Shown piece after piece: positions 1 through 10,208 of a stretch of DNA of 34,290 bases. A program made the translations under genes and the position numbers. The notes under the pieces were generated by a model that was given only the letters and a program-made list of their open reading frames with translations, was not told the origin of the DNA and made no database searches. Each line of letters starts with the position of its first letter. Position 1 is the stretch's first letter. Source of the stretch: Candidatus Sumerlaeaceae bacterium (lineage in GTDB: Bacteria; Sumerlaeota; Sumerlaeia; Sumerlaeales; Sumerlaeaceae); contig JBPCLP010000054.1 in NCBI GenBank assembly GCA_051003195.1, positions 1 to 34,290 of the forward strand, in the 5' to 3' direction.

Positions 1-2
1 AG

Positions 3-701
3 ATCGAGAAGGTCGTTCACAAGCCGAAGCAGATGCTCACCGGCTGCGCGAAGCTTCTGTATATCGCTGGCAGCCGCGCTATGAACCTGTTCTGAGAGCT
101 CCTCTTCGAGCAGCTCGGCAAATCCAAGTATAGAATTGAGCGGAGTTCGCAGCTCGTGACTCATGCTCGCCAGGAATACACTTTTTGCTTCGCTTGCGCG
201 CCGACTGTCCTCGAGCACCCGGGTCAATTCAAGAGTGCGGCGTTCCACCCGCTTCTCAAGTTCCTGGTTCATGCGGCGGAGTTCCGCGCCCATGTTCCTG
301 CACTCGTGGATGCGCTGGAAAAGCTCGACAAACACCTTCACCTTGGTACGCAGCACCTCGGGACGGAAAGGTTTTAGCACGAAATCGACAGCGCCCTCGG
401 CATAGCCGCGCAACAATTCGGCTTCGTCGGTAGAGTGCGCTGTCAGAAAAATGATGGGTGTCTGGGCGCCGCGGCCTTTCTCGCGAATCTGGAGAGCCGT
501 CTGAAAACCGTCGAACCCCGGCATTTTGACGTCCAGCAGTATGACCGCGAAGTCCCGTTCCGCGATTCTATTTATCGCATCGTGCCCTGACCGGGCTTTG
601 ACCAGGTCCAGGCCCATGGGCTCGAGTACGACATCCATAGCGAGGAGGTTTTCGGGTCGATCGTCGACCAGTAAGACGCTGACTTTATCATGCATTACCA
701 T
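3..701 (-). CDS. Hybrid response regulator/sensor histidine kinase (REC + HisKA), truncated at window edge
   Basis: Manual translation (absent from the ORF track because it runs off the edge): MVMHDKVSVLLVDDRPENL...ILLDVKMPGFDG...PIIFLTA...DFVLKPF (receiver), coiled coil, then SEAKSVFLASMSHELRTPLNSILGF (H-box). Start is 701 or 695. Confidence 0.9.
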   Translation of the reverse strand, partial: MVMHDKVSVLLVDDRPENLLAMDVVLEPMGLDLVKARSGHDAINRIAERDFAVILLDVKMPGFDGFQTALQIREKGRGAQTPIIFLTAHSTDEAELLRGYAEGAVDFVLKPFRPEVLRTKVKVFVELFQRIHECRNMGAELRRMNQELEKRVERRTLELTRVLEDSRRASEAKSVFLASMSHELRTPLNSILGFAELLEEELSEQVHSAAASDIQKLRAAGEHLLRLVNDLLD

Positions 702-848
702 GCTGCGGCTTTGTTAGGCGGAGATCAGGCATGCAAGTCGAATGAAGCCAACCCAAATAAACCCATGCACGTTTGGGTAGAGAGACCGGGCATTTTGAAC
801 CCGCCCTCCCATTCCGTTTGTGCAGTTGATTGAAAGGACACATTTTCC

Positions 849-2978
849 GTGGCTCGCAAGACCCCGCTTCAGAGGACAAGAAACATAGGAATTATGGCGC
901 ACATCGACGCCGGCAAAACGACGACGACAGAGCGTATCCTCTATTATACGGGTGTCACCCATAAGATCGGTGAAGTGCACGAAGGTGCCGCAGAGATGGA
1001 CTGGATGGAGCAGGAGAAAGAGCGCGGCATAACAATCACCAGCGCCGCGACGCACTGCCAGTGGAATAAACATGCCATCAATATCATCGATACGCCGGGC
1101 CACGTGGACTTCACGGTCGAAGTCGAGCGCTCCATTCGCGTGCTCGACGGTGCCATCGCGCTATTCTGCTCCGTCGGTGGTGTCGAGCCGCAGTCAGAAA
1201 CCGTGTGGCGTCAGGCGGATAAGTACAAGGTACCCCGTATGGCGTTCGTTAATAAAATGGACCGCATTGGCGCGGACTTCTATCATACGGTAGAAATGAT
1301 GCGCGACCGTCTGAGCTGTCATCCTGTGCCACTGCAGATCCCGATAGGCGCGGAAGACCAGTTTAAGGGTGTCATCGACCTGGTGCAGATGAAAGCGATT
1401 GTGTGGCCGGATGTAGCGGATGATACGAAGGGCCAGATTTTCGAGACCATTGATATTCCGGCTGAATTGGTGGACGAGGCCAAGGACTGGCACCGAAAAA
1501 TGCTCGAGGCCATCGCCGAGTATGACGAAGAGTTTATGGACAAATATCTGGCCACAGAAGATCACGATTTTCCGGCCGCTGAATTGAAAGCGCTGATACG
1601 CAAGAGCGTACTCGCCGCGAAAATTACTCCAGTCATGCTGGGCTCATCATTTAAGTTCAAGGGTGTGCAGCCGTTGCTCGATGGCGTCGTGGATTATTTG
1701 CCATCTCCGCTCGATGTTCCAGCCGTAATGGGTGAAAACCCTGAGAAGGCGGAGGACAGCCCCGACCGCATTGAGCAGCGCATGGTGGACGATAACCAGC
1801 CTTTCAGTGCGCTCGCGTTCAAGATCATGACGGATCCGCACGTTGGGAAACTTACCTACTTCCGCGTCTACTCAGGCGTGTTGAAATCGGGCAGCTATGT
1901 CTATAACTCGACCAAGGATCAGAACGAGCGCATCAGCCGCATGCTGCTCATGCACGCCAACAATCGCGAACCGATCGACGAAGTACGCACGGGCGATATC
2001 GCGGCTGCCATCGGCCTGAAGTACACCTCGACGGGCAACACGCTTTGCGACCCCGATCACCCGATCGTGCTGGAACCGATGACGTTCCCTGAGCCGGTCA
2101 TTCACATCGCTGTGGAGCCGAAGACGAAGAGCGACCAGGAGAAGATGGGCACGGCACTTCAGAAGCTGGCCGAGGAAGATCCCACATTCCGCGTTCGCAC
2201 GGATGAAGAAACTAACCAGACGATCATCAGCGGAATGGGCGAGCTTCACCTTGAGATCATCGTCGACCGCATGAAGCGGGAATTCAATGTGGAAGCCAAC
2301 ATCGGTAAACCGCAGGTCGCTTACCGCGAGACGCTGAACAAGCCGATTGCCAAGGTCGAGGGCAAGTACATCAAGCAGTCCGGCGGTAAGGGACAGTTTG
2401 GTGACGTGTTCCTGTCCATCGAGCCAATGGCGCCAGGCTTCGGGTTTGAATTCTCAAACGAGATCACGGGCGGCGCGATTCCGAAAGAGTATATTCCGGC
2501 AGTTGAGAAGGGCATTGTGGGCGCAATGAAGACCGGCGTGCTCGCTGGCTTCCCAATGGTGGACCTAAAGGTGACATTGCTCGACGGCAAGTACCACGCA
2601 GTCGACTCGAGTGAAATGGCCTTTGAGTTCGCCGGCTCGATTGGATTCAAGGAAGGCGCGCGCAAGTGCGACCCGACGCTGCTGGAGCCTATCATGGCTG
2701 TCGAAGTGGTGACCCCTGAGGACTTCTTCGGTGACGTGTTGGGCAACCTGAGTTCACGTCGTGGCAAAATTGAAGAATCGGGACGCCGTGGTAATGCCCA
2801 GATCGTGAAGGCCAACGTGCCGTTAAGCGAAATGTTTGGTTATGCCACGGATTTGCGCTCGATGTCGCAGGGACGCGCAAGCTATTCGATGCAGTTCAGC
2901 CACTATGAGAAGGTCCCGAAGGCTGTGGCAGAGCAGGTCGTTGGTGCAGTTCAGGATCGGGACCGGCGCAGCGCCTAA
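849..2978 (+). CDS. fusA: Elongation factor G
   Basis: [52 protein letters not shown] motifs; 709 aa; GTG start with AAAGGA RBS. Confidence 0.98.
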   Translation: MARKTPLQRTRNIGIMAHIDAGKTTTTERILYYTGVTHKIGEVHEGAAEMDWMEQEKERGITITSAATHCQWNKHAINIIDTPGHVDFTVEVERSIRVLDGAIALFCSVGGVEPQSETVWRQADKYKVPRMAFVNKMDRIGADFYHTVEMMRDRLSCHPVPLQIPIGAEDQFKGVIDLVQMKAIVWPDVADDTKGQIFETIDIPAELVDEAKDWHRKMLEAIAEYDEEFMDKYLATEDHDFPAAELKALIRKSVLAAKITPVMLGSSFKFKGVQPLLDGVVDYLPSPLDVPAVMGENPEKAEDSPDRIEQRMVDDNQPFSALAFKIMTDPHVGKLTYFRVYSGVLKSGSYVYNSTKDQNERISRMLLMHANNREPIDEVRTGDIAAAIGLKYTSTGNTLCDPDHPIVLEPMTFPEPVIHIAVEPKTKSDQEKMGTALQKLAEEDPTFRVRTDEETNQTIISGMGELHLEIIVDRMKREFNVEANIGKPQVAYRETLNKPIAKVEGKYIKQSGGKGQFGDVFLSIEPMAPGFGFEFSNEITGGAIPKEYIPAVEKGIVGAMKTGVLAGFPMVDLKVTLLDGKYHAVDSSEMAFEFAGSIGFKEGARKCDPTLLEPIMAVEVVTPEDFFGDVLGNLSSRRGKIEESGRRGNAQIVKANVPLSEMFGYATDLRSMSQGRASYSMQFSHYEKVPKAVAEQVVGAVQDRDRRSA

Positions 2979-3004
2979 AAGGTAATTACATGAAGTGATC
3001 ACAG

Positions 3005-3033
3005 CGGGCGGCCTTCCAAACGGAGGCCGCCCG
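3005..3033. terminator. GC-rich hairpin after fusA, probable terminator between convergent genes
   Basis: CGGGCGGCCT(T)CC-AAAC-GGAGGCCGCCCG; the U-tract is weak. Confidence 0.6.
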
Positions 3034-3079
3034 AATGGTTTTGGGGGTTGGCCAGGCGCTTCCGATGAAACACTTGTCG

Positions 3080-3526
3080 CTATGAAACCGGTACGCTTTT
3101 CCTGCTCAGTAATCGTTCTGTTCCCGGAACCAGATTGATCGGCAGCAGTGATACTAAAGCCAGGCCGCTAAAATCCAGAACGGGGGAGGTCGAGAACCAC
3201 CGAACAACATATACGCTGGTCAGTACCAGCGTGACTTCGGCAATTGCTGCGATCCAGAAGAGCAATTGAACCGACAGAGTTATGTGGCCTGAAAAAACAA
3301 GTTTCCAGCCACTAAATAAGTACAAGTAACTAGCGGCACAAGTGCACGCCGCGAGCGTGAGATTGAAAGCTGGCAGTAAATGCGGTGCATTGGTCAAGAT
3401 CTTCAGCCACAGTAACCCGAGAACAAGTGTCAGGCCTGCCGAAAAAAGAATACGCACATACGTATTACCAGCGGGATCGAATCTCGCACAATACGACTGC
3501 TTTAAAATTTCGAGCATCTGTTTCAT
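3080..3526 (-). CDS. Hypothetical multi-pass membrane protein
   Basis: ORF with about four hydrophobic segments, co-oriented with the Uma2 gene. Start uncertain (3526 or 3562); no family recognised. Confidence 0.5.
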   Translation of the reverse strand: MKQMLEILKQSYCARFDPAGNTYVRILFSAGLTLVLGLLWLKILTNAPHLLPAFNLTLAACTCAASYLYLFSGWKLVFSGHITLSVQLLFWIAAIAEVTLVLTSVYVVRWFSTSPVLDFSGLALVSLLPINLVPGTERLLSRKSVPVS

Positions 3527-3565
3527 GGCATTATGCCTCCACAGTCTATAGCAATCTGGCATCCA

Positions 3566-4165
3566 TTACTCACCGAAATCAATGTCGCCGATCTGCTGAA
3601 ACACCATGTCAAAGTCGAACTCAAAGCCATCGAGAATAGAAACAGGTATTCGTCCCCGCGCCGCCACATGCCGCGAAACAAATTTCCCATCGGCTCCGAG
3701 CAAACGGACATGAACTAACCGCTCCGCAGGATAAACGATCCAGTACTCCCGCACACCATGTCGTTCGTACAGCGCGGCTTTTGTTATCTCATCCATCGAG
3801 CTTGAGGACGGAGAAATGATTTCAATAATGAGATCGGGAACACCCAGGATGCCGCGGCGATCGATTTTCTTCGGATCACAAACTACCAGGATATCGGGCT
3901 GGATGACAGTATCAATTTTCGTGTCAGCTTCGGTCGAAGAGGATAGCCGTACATCAATCGGAGAAAGAAAGACCTTGCACGGTTTGTCGAGAAGCCAGTT
4001 CCCCAACTGTCGCCCGGTTTCGACGGCGATAAGTTGGTGTATACTACTCGGCGCCGGAGTCATGGCATACGGGACACCATCAATCAACTCCCAGCGTTCG
4101 TCTTCCGGCCAGGTGAGATAGTCGGTGTACGTAAAATGCTGAGACTGTACAGGCGCGGTGCTCAT
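3566..4165 (-). CDS. Uma2 family (DUF820) PD-(D/E)xK endonuclease
   Basis: FTYTDYLTWPEDERWELIDG, APSSIHQ, IQPDILVVCD, PDLIIEIISPS, K..LYERHGVREYWIV. Confidence 0.93.
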   Translation of the reverse strand: MSTAPVQSQHFTYTDYLTWPEDERWELIDGVPYAMTPAPSSIHQLIAVETGRQLGNWLLDKPCKVFLSPIDVRLSSSTEADTKIDTVIQPDILVVCDPKKIDRRGILGVPDLIIEIISPSSSSMDEITKAALYERHGVREYWIVYPAERLVHVRLLGADGKFVSRHVAARGRIPVSILDGFEFDFDMVFQQIGDIDFGE

Positions 4166-4240
4166 GGTTCTTTCAGTTGCAAAATACAGCTTCGAGTCAA
4201 CCGCGATTCGTTCCTTTGTTGGCGAGGCTCTTCGGGGCGT

Positions 4241-5581
4241 TTATTTCCAGAAGTTCTCGACGAAGTTCGTACCAAACGTCCCGCGCTTGAACTCTTCGCT
4301 GCGTAACACCTTCTGGTGAAACGGAATCGTGGTAGCTACGCCTTCGATGACAAACTCGCCCAGCGCGCGTTCCATGCGGCGGATGCACTCGTCCCGATCT
4401 TCACCCGTCACAATGAGCTTCGCGATCATCGAATCGTAGAACGGCGGAATGACATACTCTTCATAGACGTGTGAATCCACACGCACACCTGGTCCGCCCG
4501 GCACATGATAGGTGCTTACTTTACCAGGTGACGGCATGAAGCCACGTTTCGGGTCTTCGGCGTTGATCCGGCACTCGATCGAGTGGCCGGTAAAACGCAC
4601 ATCGTCCTGCTTGAATCGCAGCTTGTCCCCCGCCGCGATCCGAATCTGCTCTTTCACAAGATCGATGCCCGTAACCTGCTCCGTTACGGGATGTTCGACC
4701 TGGATTCGCGTGTTCATCTCCATGAAATAGAAATTCTTCTGCGCATCCATCAGGAATTCAATGGTGCCGGCGTTGGCGTAGCCCACGGCTTTGGCGGCCT
4801 GCACCGCGGCGTTGCCCAACTTCTCACGCGTCTTCGGATCCATGATCGGGCAGGGGCTTTCTTCGATCAGCTTCTGGTGGCGGCGCTGCACTGAGCAATC
4901 GCGCTCGCCCAGGTGGATCACATTGCCATGCTCATCGCCAAGTATCTGCACCTCAACATGCTTTGGGTTTTCGATAAACTTCTCGATGTAAACGCCGGCG
5001 TTGCCGAAAGCTTTTTCAGCCTCGGCTTGAGCTGTGGCGAGTGCGGTCGAGAGTGCGATAGGTGTATGAGCAACACGCATTCCCCGGCCTCCACCTCCCG
5101 CCACCGCTTTTACGATTACTGGATAACCAATGCTGTCAGCGATCGCACGCGCCTCGTCGAGATCTGATACAAGGCCCTCACTGCCCGGCGTGGTCGGCAC
5201 CTTCGCAGCGCGCATGGCCTTCTTTGCTTCCGACTTGTCTCCCATCCTTGCAATGACTTCAGGCGACGGCCCGATGAACTTGATTTTGCAGGAACCACAC
5301 AGTTCCGCAAAATCGGCATTCTCCGCCAGGAAGCCATATCCCGGGTGTATCGCATCGGCGTCCGTAATTTCTGCAGCGCTCATAATGCGTGAGACGTTCA
5401 GGTAACTGTCACGGCTGGGACCGGGACCAATGCACACATCGCTGTCGGCCAGTTTGCGGTGCAGCGAATTCGCATCGGCTTCCGAATACACGGCCACCGT
5501 TTTGATTCCCATTTCGCGACACGCGCGAATGATGCGCAGCGCGATTTCTCCGCGATTTGCGATAAGTATCTTCTTAAACAT
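4241..5581 (-). CDS. accC: Acetyl-CoA carboxylase, biotin carboxylase subunit
   Basis: [63 protein letters not shown] at 5581 preferred to the ORF-track start at 5626. Confidence 0.97.
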   Translation of the reverse strand: MFKKILIANRGEIALRIIRACREMGIKTVAVYSEADANSLHRKLADSDVCIGPGPSRDSYLNVSRIMSAAEITDADAIHPGYGFLAENADFAELCGSCKIKFIGPSPEVIARMGDKSEAKKAMRAAKVPTTPGSEGLVSDLDEARAIADSIGYPVIVKAVAGGGGRGMRVAHTPIALSTALATAQAEAEKAFGNAGVYIEKFIENPKHVEVQILGDEHGNVIHLGERDCSVQRRHQKLIEESPCPIMDPKTREKLGNAAVQAAKAVGYANAGTIEFLMDAQKNFYFMEMNTRIQVEHPVTEQVTGIDLVKEQIRIAAGDKLRFKQDDVRFTGHSIECRINAEDPKRGFMPSPGKVSTYHVPGGPGVRVDSHVYEEYVIPPFYDSMIAKLIVTGEDRDECIRRMERALGEFVIEGVATTIPFHQKVLRSEEFKRGTFGTNFVENFWK

Positions 5582-5655
5582 GAGAAAGGGTTCCAATGTT
5601 TTGAGGAGCGGAAGTCCTGGCAACAACGCGGAACAAGAAAACCTGACTCGCCAAA

Positions 5656-6252
5656 TTACGGCTCAATGAGAAACAGGGGCTGATTATATTCGACCGGACT
5701 GCCAGTCTCGACGAGCATCTTAAAGATTCGGCCTTTCGTCTCCGCCTTGATCTCATTCATCAGCTTCATGGCTTCAATAATGCACAGCACTGTGTCTTCA
5801 GTAACGCTCTCGCCGACCCTTACGAATGGTGGCGCATCAGGTGCCGGGGCGCAATAAAACGTGCCAACCATCGGTGAGTAAACCGTGAGCACGTTACTGG
5901 GAGCGGAGGCAGAATCGGCGACACCGGGTTCAGCAGTGGACACGTCAGCGCCTTCCCCTTTGCCCGGAGCAGTTATAGCTGCTTGCCCTGTTTGAACGTG
6001 ACCGGACAGCCCAACCACACCGAGGGGCGGAACTCCCGCCATAACGGGAACCATTTGCGCTGCTGGTGCAGCATGGGCGCCTTTAGAGACGATGTGAATC
6101 CTGGTTTCCTGCTGCTCAAGTTGCAGTTCCGCTATTTCGTTCTCGCGCATGAGAGCAAAAAGCTCTTTGATATCAGCCATGCTCAACGTACCCGTAGATG
6201 CATCGCTGTTCGCCATCCTGGCGCTCTTCTTTCGGATAGGGCTCTCGGCCAT
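5656..6252 (-). CDS. accB: Acetyl-CoA carboxylase biotin carboxyl carrier protein
   Basis: [19 protein letters not shown] biotinylation motif, Ala/Pro-rich linker; directly upstream of accC. The true start may be a later ATG. Confidence 0.95.
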   Translation of the reverse strand: MAESPIRKKSARMANSDASTGTLSMADIKELFALMRENEIAELQLEQQETRIHIVSKGAHAAPAAQMVPVMAGVPPLGVVGLSGHVQTGQAAITAPGKGEGADVSTAEPGVADSASAPSNVLTVYSPMVGTFYCAPAPDAPPFVRVGESVTEDTVLCIIEAMKLMNEIKAETKGRIFKMLVETGSPVEYNQPLFLIEP

Positions 6253-6473
6253 TCGCGGGGCGCTTCTTTCCTGTTCTGGCTTATCTATCTCGTGGAAAAC
6301 CAGCGCCAGTTTTGCCCGCCATGGATGGTGTGCAATAGGAAAGTGACAAGTGGCATATGATGCTACATAGCGCTTTACCGTACGGAGATGAATGCAAGGG
6401 TGGCAATTGAGGCTGCTCTTAAGTAAATGCCCAGCTGAACCGCTTGTAAGCGGTACCTCATGACTGTGAGGAC

Positions 6474-7649
6474 ATGCTGATGCCCCGTAAGTGGTACCTT
6501 CTCCTGCTGACTTTGTGGTCTGTCCATGCGTTCGGGCAGAATACTTTGGGAAACTCTCCCAACACCGTTGATAGTATCATTATGGTGGAAGGTGCGAGGG
6601 GGCTTCTGTCCGGGGCGAACGTGGACAACGTTCGAGCAACAGAGGATGGCAGTGGCATCACGCTGACTCCAGGCGCTATAGCCGGTTCGATCATTTTGAA
6701 ACCACAGCAAACCGAGTTTGGCTTTAACGAGGCCCTTCCCTCGTGGAATGGTTGGGCACCAAAAGACGGCGGCTTTCGCGTGTGGATGTGCCCGGTGATT
6801 TCCGGAACGCCGGCGGGATGGTTTGAAGCAGGAACGTGGGGTAAGCTGAATGATGAGCCGACAACACGTATCACGGTTCTGCAGGACGGGATTTATAACA
6901 TCGATACTTTGCTTTTGCGGCGGCCTGCAGAAGCTATGCAGATTCGCATCGACCTGGTGCGCGGAAAGCCTTCCGGCCCGGCGCCTGTTTTTCGTTTGAT
7001 GGCGCTGTCGTATACCAACAGTACCGGCGACAAGTCACTCTTCGCACGCTTTGGTCGTCCTGCGGCAAACGCCCGGTTGTCGCCAACATCTGTTGAAGTT
7101 CCGTACCGCTCACAAGTGGTTCCTAATGAGAAGGTTATAGGGCGCATCTGCTCGCCCTGTTCCGTTGCAATGACTCTCGCCGCCTATGGCATTCAGCAGG
7201 ATACACAAGATGTAGCCAACGAACTGTATGACCGCGTTTCCGATGCATTTGGCGTCTGGCACCGAAGCGTGCAGAGCGCGGCACAGCACGGCGTGCGCGG
7301 TTATGTACACCGCTTCCGAAACTGGCCGGATGTTCATCGGGAGTTGGCCCAGCGCCATATTATCTGCGCAAGCATACGGTTTAGACCTGGCGAAGTGGAG
7401 GATCCGCTGGCGGCACACGGAAAACGGAAACAGGGGACACTCGGACACCTTGTGCTCATTCGTGGCATCAACGCAGATGGTCTGATCATAGTGCACGATA
7501 CCAACTCCAAAGATTATGGCGTCAGCTCGCTATGGAAGCCGGATCAGCTTGCGCGGGCATGGTTTGATAAAGGCGGTGTCGCTTATGTTTTCACCGGCCG
7601 TCGCAATGCCGATAAAGCGAAGTCGGCACAAGGCGCCAGTGGCACTTGA
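6474..7649 (+). CDS. Secreted peptidase C39-like family protein
   Basis: Signal peptide (VHAFG-Q), N-terminal beta domain, then VPYRSQ...CSPCSVAM...GHLVLIRG...VHD (Q/C/H/D papain-like catalytic pattern). Confidence 0.85.
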   Translation: MLMPRKWYLLLLTLWSVHAFGQNTLGNSPNTVDSIIMVEGARGLLSGANVDNVRATEDGSGITLTPGAIAGSIILKPQQTEFGFNEALPSWNGWAPKDGGFRVWMCPVISGTPAGWFEAGTWGKLNDEPTTRITVLQDGIYNIDTLLLRRPAEAMQIRIDLVRGKPSGPAPVFRLMALSYTNSTGDKSLFARFGRPAANARLSPTSVEVPYRSQVVPNEKVIGRICSPCSVAMTLAAYGIQQDTQDVANELYDRVSDAFGVWHRSVQSAAQHGVRGYVHRFRNWPDVHRELAQRHIICASIRFRPGEVEDPLAAHGKRKQGTLGHLVLIRGINADGLIIVHDTNSKDYGVSSLWKPDQLARAWFDKGGVAYVFTGRRNADKAKSAQGASGT

Positions 7650-7698
7650 CCCGCTGTAACTGCTGCAAGTAGTTTCGCATAGGACACTGGGCTAGATC

Positions 7699-9057
7699 AT
7701 GAAAGTTGAACAGTTACCAGCGTGGGTTAGCCGCTTCCTGTTACCGGTCGGCGCATTGCTGGCGCTGCTCACTGCTCTGGTCGTGTTCGGGATGAACCGG
7801 ACGGGCTACACTCCCCTGCCGGATGGGTCCCGAATCAAGCTGCTGGCTGTCACCACAGGTAAAGAGCATCGGGTATGCTGGAAGTACTTCAGCCTGTCGA
7901 ATACGGTCCGTAAGTACTCGCGGGAATTTGGCCCATACATCGCCGGTGAAATCACGGATGTAAATACGACGAGCTCGGTTGATTGCGTGGTGTTCTGGAC
8001 CCGGCGAGTTTTCGGCAAAACCAATGTCCGCCCGCTCTCGGCAATGGTGACCGATGAAAAGGGCAGCCGAGACCGAATTGCGCAGGGACCCTATGCGTCA
8101 TCGGTATTGCGGGACCGTTTCAATCCAACTTCTGACGGTGTCGTGCAGGGCTGGGCAATTCCACGTTCCATGTTTCTGGGGAAAACCCTGAGGCTCCACC
8201 TGTTCGAACGCCCGGAATCGAGCATTGGAACGGCAGACGAACTGGTCAGCTATTCGGCTCCCAACCCTTTAGCCGTGCAGCCCGAACCCGAGTTCTCGTC
8301 GGATTCTCGTCAAGCGATTGGACGGTACAATGTTTCGATCGTGGGGTTCACGAGCGGCGTACCGTATGGCCCCCCTGCATTCTTCGATTCGTTCTTTCGC
8401 CCCACTGCGGGCGGCCGGGAATTTCTCGGCACGAGTGTCACGCTTCGGGTGCAAGGTCAAGGGGCGGAAACTCACTGTCTTGTAGCTCGGCATTTGCAGG
8501 CCCGCTCCGCCGGCGGAATTTCAGTAAATACATATAACCTCAGGCAAACGACCGCCCCCGGGCAGCTCCAAATTGCGTTCAGCCCATCGTGCAACAGCGA
8601 TCTATGGAATCTGGAAGTTGAGTTGACTGACGATGCCGACCCGCTGACCCGCAGCAACGTTATAGATGGAATCCTAACAGAGGACGCAAACAACGCAGTC
8701 GGCGCAGTCGATTCAGATCCGTGGTCCTATGCTATGCACACATTCACTGATTTCCATGGCGATAATCGAGTCATACAGGTGCGCTGTGGACCCATATCCG
8801 ATGAAGGATTGTTTTTCAGCATCAGTTCCGCTGACGATCCTAGGAAGCCCATATACGCCACCAGTCTCCTGGACGAAAACGGGCGTCGAGTGCCCTTCCA
8901 GCAGGATGATGTTTTCTCTCTGCGTGGACGACTGAAGCAACACGCTAAACTGAAGCTTGAAATGAGCGAACGGCCAACTACCGGCGCCGTCTTTTGGGCC
9001 AGGCCCGAGATTTTGCTTCCGGAATTAAAGCAGTCTCCTAACCGCGGCCCCACGTAG
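7699..9057 (+). CDS. Hypothetical membrane-anchored extracytoplasmic protein
   Basis: 452-aa ORF with a single N-terminal TM helix followed by beta-rich soluble sequence; co-oriented with neighbours. Confidence 0.7.
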   Translation: MKVEQLPAWVSRFLLPVGALLALLTALVVFGMNRTGYTPLPDGSRIKLLAVTTGKEHRVCWKYFSLSNTVRKYSREFGPYIAGEITDVNTTSSVDCVVFWTRRVFGKTNVRPLSAMVTDEKGSRDRIAQGPYASSVLRDRFNPTSDGVVQGWAIPRSMFLGKTLRLHLFERPESSIGTADELVSYSAPNPLAVQPEPEFSSDSRQAIGRYNVSIVGFTSGVPYGPPAFFDSFFRPTAGGREFLGTSVTLRVQGQGAETHCLVARHLQARSAGGISVNTYNLRQTTAPGQLQIAFSPSCNSDLWNLEVELTDDADPLTRSNVIDGILTEDANNAVGAVDSDPWSYAMHTFTDFHGDNRVIQVRCGPISDEGLFFSISSADDPRKPIYATSLLDENGRRVPFQQDDVFSLRGRLKQHAKLKLEMSERPTTGAVFWARPEILLPELKQSPNRGPT

Positions 9058-9172
9058 TAATCGACGGATCATGCACTTCGAAGTTCGGCGCACGAATTCC
9101 GTTGCTATTGGGCATTGACAGGATTGTCGCTGCATTCAGCTAGTATCCATTATCACTTTTGCGGAGAATCTT

Positions 9173-9592
9173 GTGCGAATTTTCGTTGGCGGCTTGGCCT
9201 GGGCGGTTTCAGATGAGGAACTGCGTTCCATGTTTGCACCCTTTGGGGAGGTAACGTCTGCCTCGATAGCGAAAGACCGCTTCACCGAGCGCAGCCGCGG
9301 CTTTGGTTTCGTAGACATGCCGAACCAGGATCAGGCCAATGCGGCTATCCAGGCGCTAAACGGCAAAGAAGTAGGCGGTCGTTCACTCACGGTAAATGAG
9401 AGCCGCCCGATGGGTGAAGGCGGTGGTGGACGGCGTGGTCCCGGTGGTGGCGGCGGTGGTGGTGGACGACGTGGCCCCGGCGGCGGCGGCGGTGGTGGTG
9501 GACGCGGTGGTTACGGTGGCGGTGGCGGCGGCGGCGGCGGTCGTGGTGGCTACGGTGGTGGGGGCGGTGGAGGCGGTCGCGACCGTTTTTAA
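9173..9592 (+). CDS. RRM-domain RNA-binding protein with Gly/Arg-rich tail
   Basis: RNP2 IFVGGL, RNP1 RGFGFVDM, LNGKEVGGRSLTVNES; GGAG RBS and GTG start. Confidence 0.95.
   Translation: MRIFVGGLAWAVSDEELRSMFAPFGEVTSASIAKDRFTERSRGFGFVDMPNQDQANAAIQALNGKEVGGRSLTVNESRPMGEGGGGRRGPGGGGGGGGRRGPGGGGGGGGRGGYGGGGGGGGGRGGYGGGGGGGGRDRF
9419..9577 (+). repeat. Intragenic low-complexity GGY-codon repeat (RRGPG(n) x2, RGGYG(n) x2)
   Basis: Visible tandem ggt/ggc codon runs with duplicated units. Confidence 0.85.
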
Positions 9593-9608
9593 CAGCAATA
9601 ATTAATGT

Positions 9609-9625
9609 TTGGCACGGCATTTGAA
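9609..9625 (+). promoter_or_regulatory. Possible sigma-54 (-24/-12) promoter upstream of the csp gene
   Basis: TTGGCACGGCATTTGAA: perfect -24 box and GG-N10 spacing, but GA instead of GC at -12. Confidence 0.4.
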
Positions 9626-9857
9626 ATATGGCGTCTTGTAACAATCTTATGAATGAAGCAGGTTTAGAACACGTAGACAATTTTGCATAAAGAGAAGACC
9701 TCCGTGCGAGCGGAGGGGTAGCACGTAGCAGGTTCTGTATCTTAATCGTCTGTCGGTACGCTGGCCGGTTGAGTAGCACCTCCCGGGCGTTCCCCCGTTT
9801 CACTAACCTTCTCACATTAATGGAGCGAATGCTCCAAGTATAAGCAGGAGGCTCATC

Positions 9858-10064
9858 ATGCCCAATGGAACCGTAAAATGGTTCAATGACTCGAAGGGAT
9901 TCGGGTTCATTACACAGGAGAACGGACCAGATCTGTTCGTCCATCACTCGGCAATCGTTGCCAACGGATACCGCAGCCTGAACGAAGGTGACCCGGTAAC
10001 GTTTGACGCGACCGAAGGCCCCAAAGGCCCGCAGGCTACCAACGTCCGTCGGGCCGGCGAATAA
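9858..10064 (+). CDS. Cold-shock protein (CspA family)
   Basis: [34 protein letters not shown]; strong AGGAGG RBS. Confidence 0.97.
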   Translation: MPNGTVKWFNDSKGFGFITQENGPDLFVHHSAIVANGYRSLNEGDPVTFDATEGPKGPQATNVRRAGE

Positions 10065-10113
10065 TCTTTTCCCAGTAATCGGCCACGGCTGATTATTATA
10101 GAATGACATTCAG

Positions 10114-10145
10114 AGCCGTGAGAGTTTTCTCACGGCTTCTTTTTT
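10114..10145 (+). terminator. Rho-independent terminator after csp
   Basis: AGCCGTGAGA-GTTT-TCTCACGGCT followed by TCTTTTTT. Confidence 0.85.
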
Positions 10146-10208
10146 ATGCTGACTGACTCGGCTGGCCGCCGACCTGGTGGCCCGATTGATTCGTGACTGG
10201 AGTCCGTC

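Noticed and set aside
6474..7649. C39-like peptidase as the leader peptidase of the RRE/rSAM system
   Set aside because: About 4 kb away on the opposite strand, has a signal peptide, and resembles standalone C39-like proteins rather than transporter-fused peptidases.
9387..10109. 240-aa - strand ORF with His/Arg repeats
   Set aside because: Antisense to csp and to the glycine codon repeats of the RRM gene.
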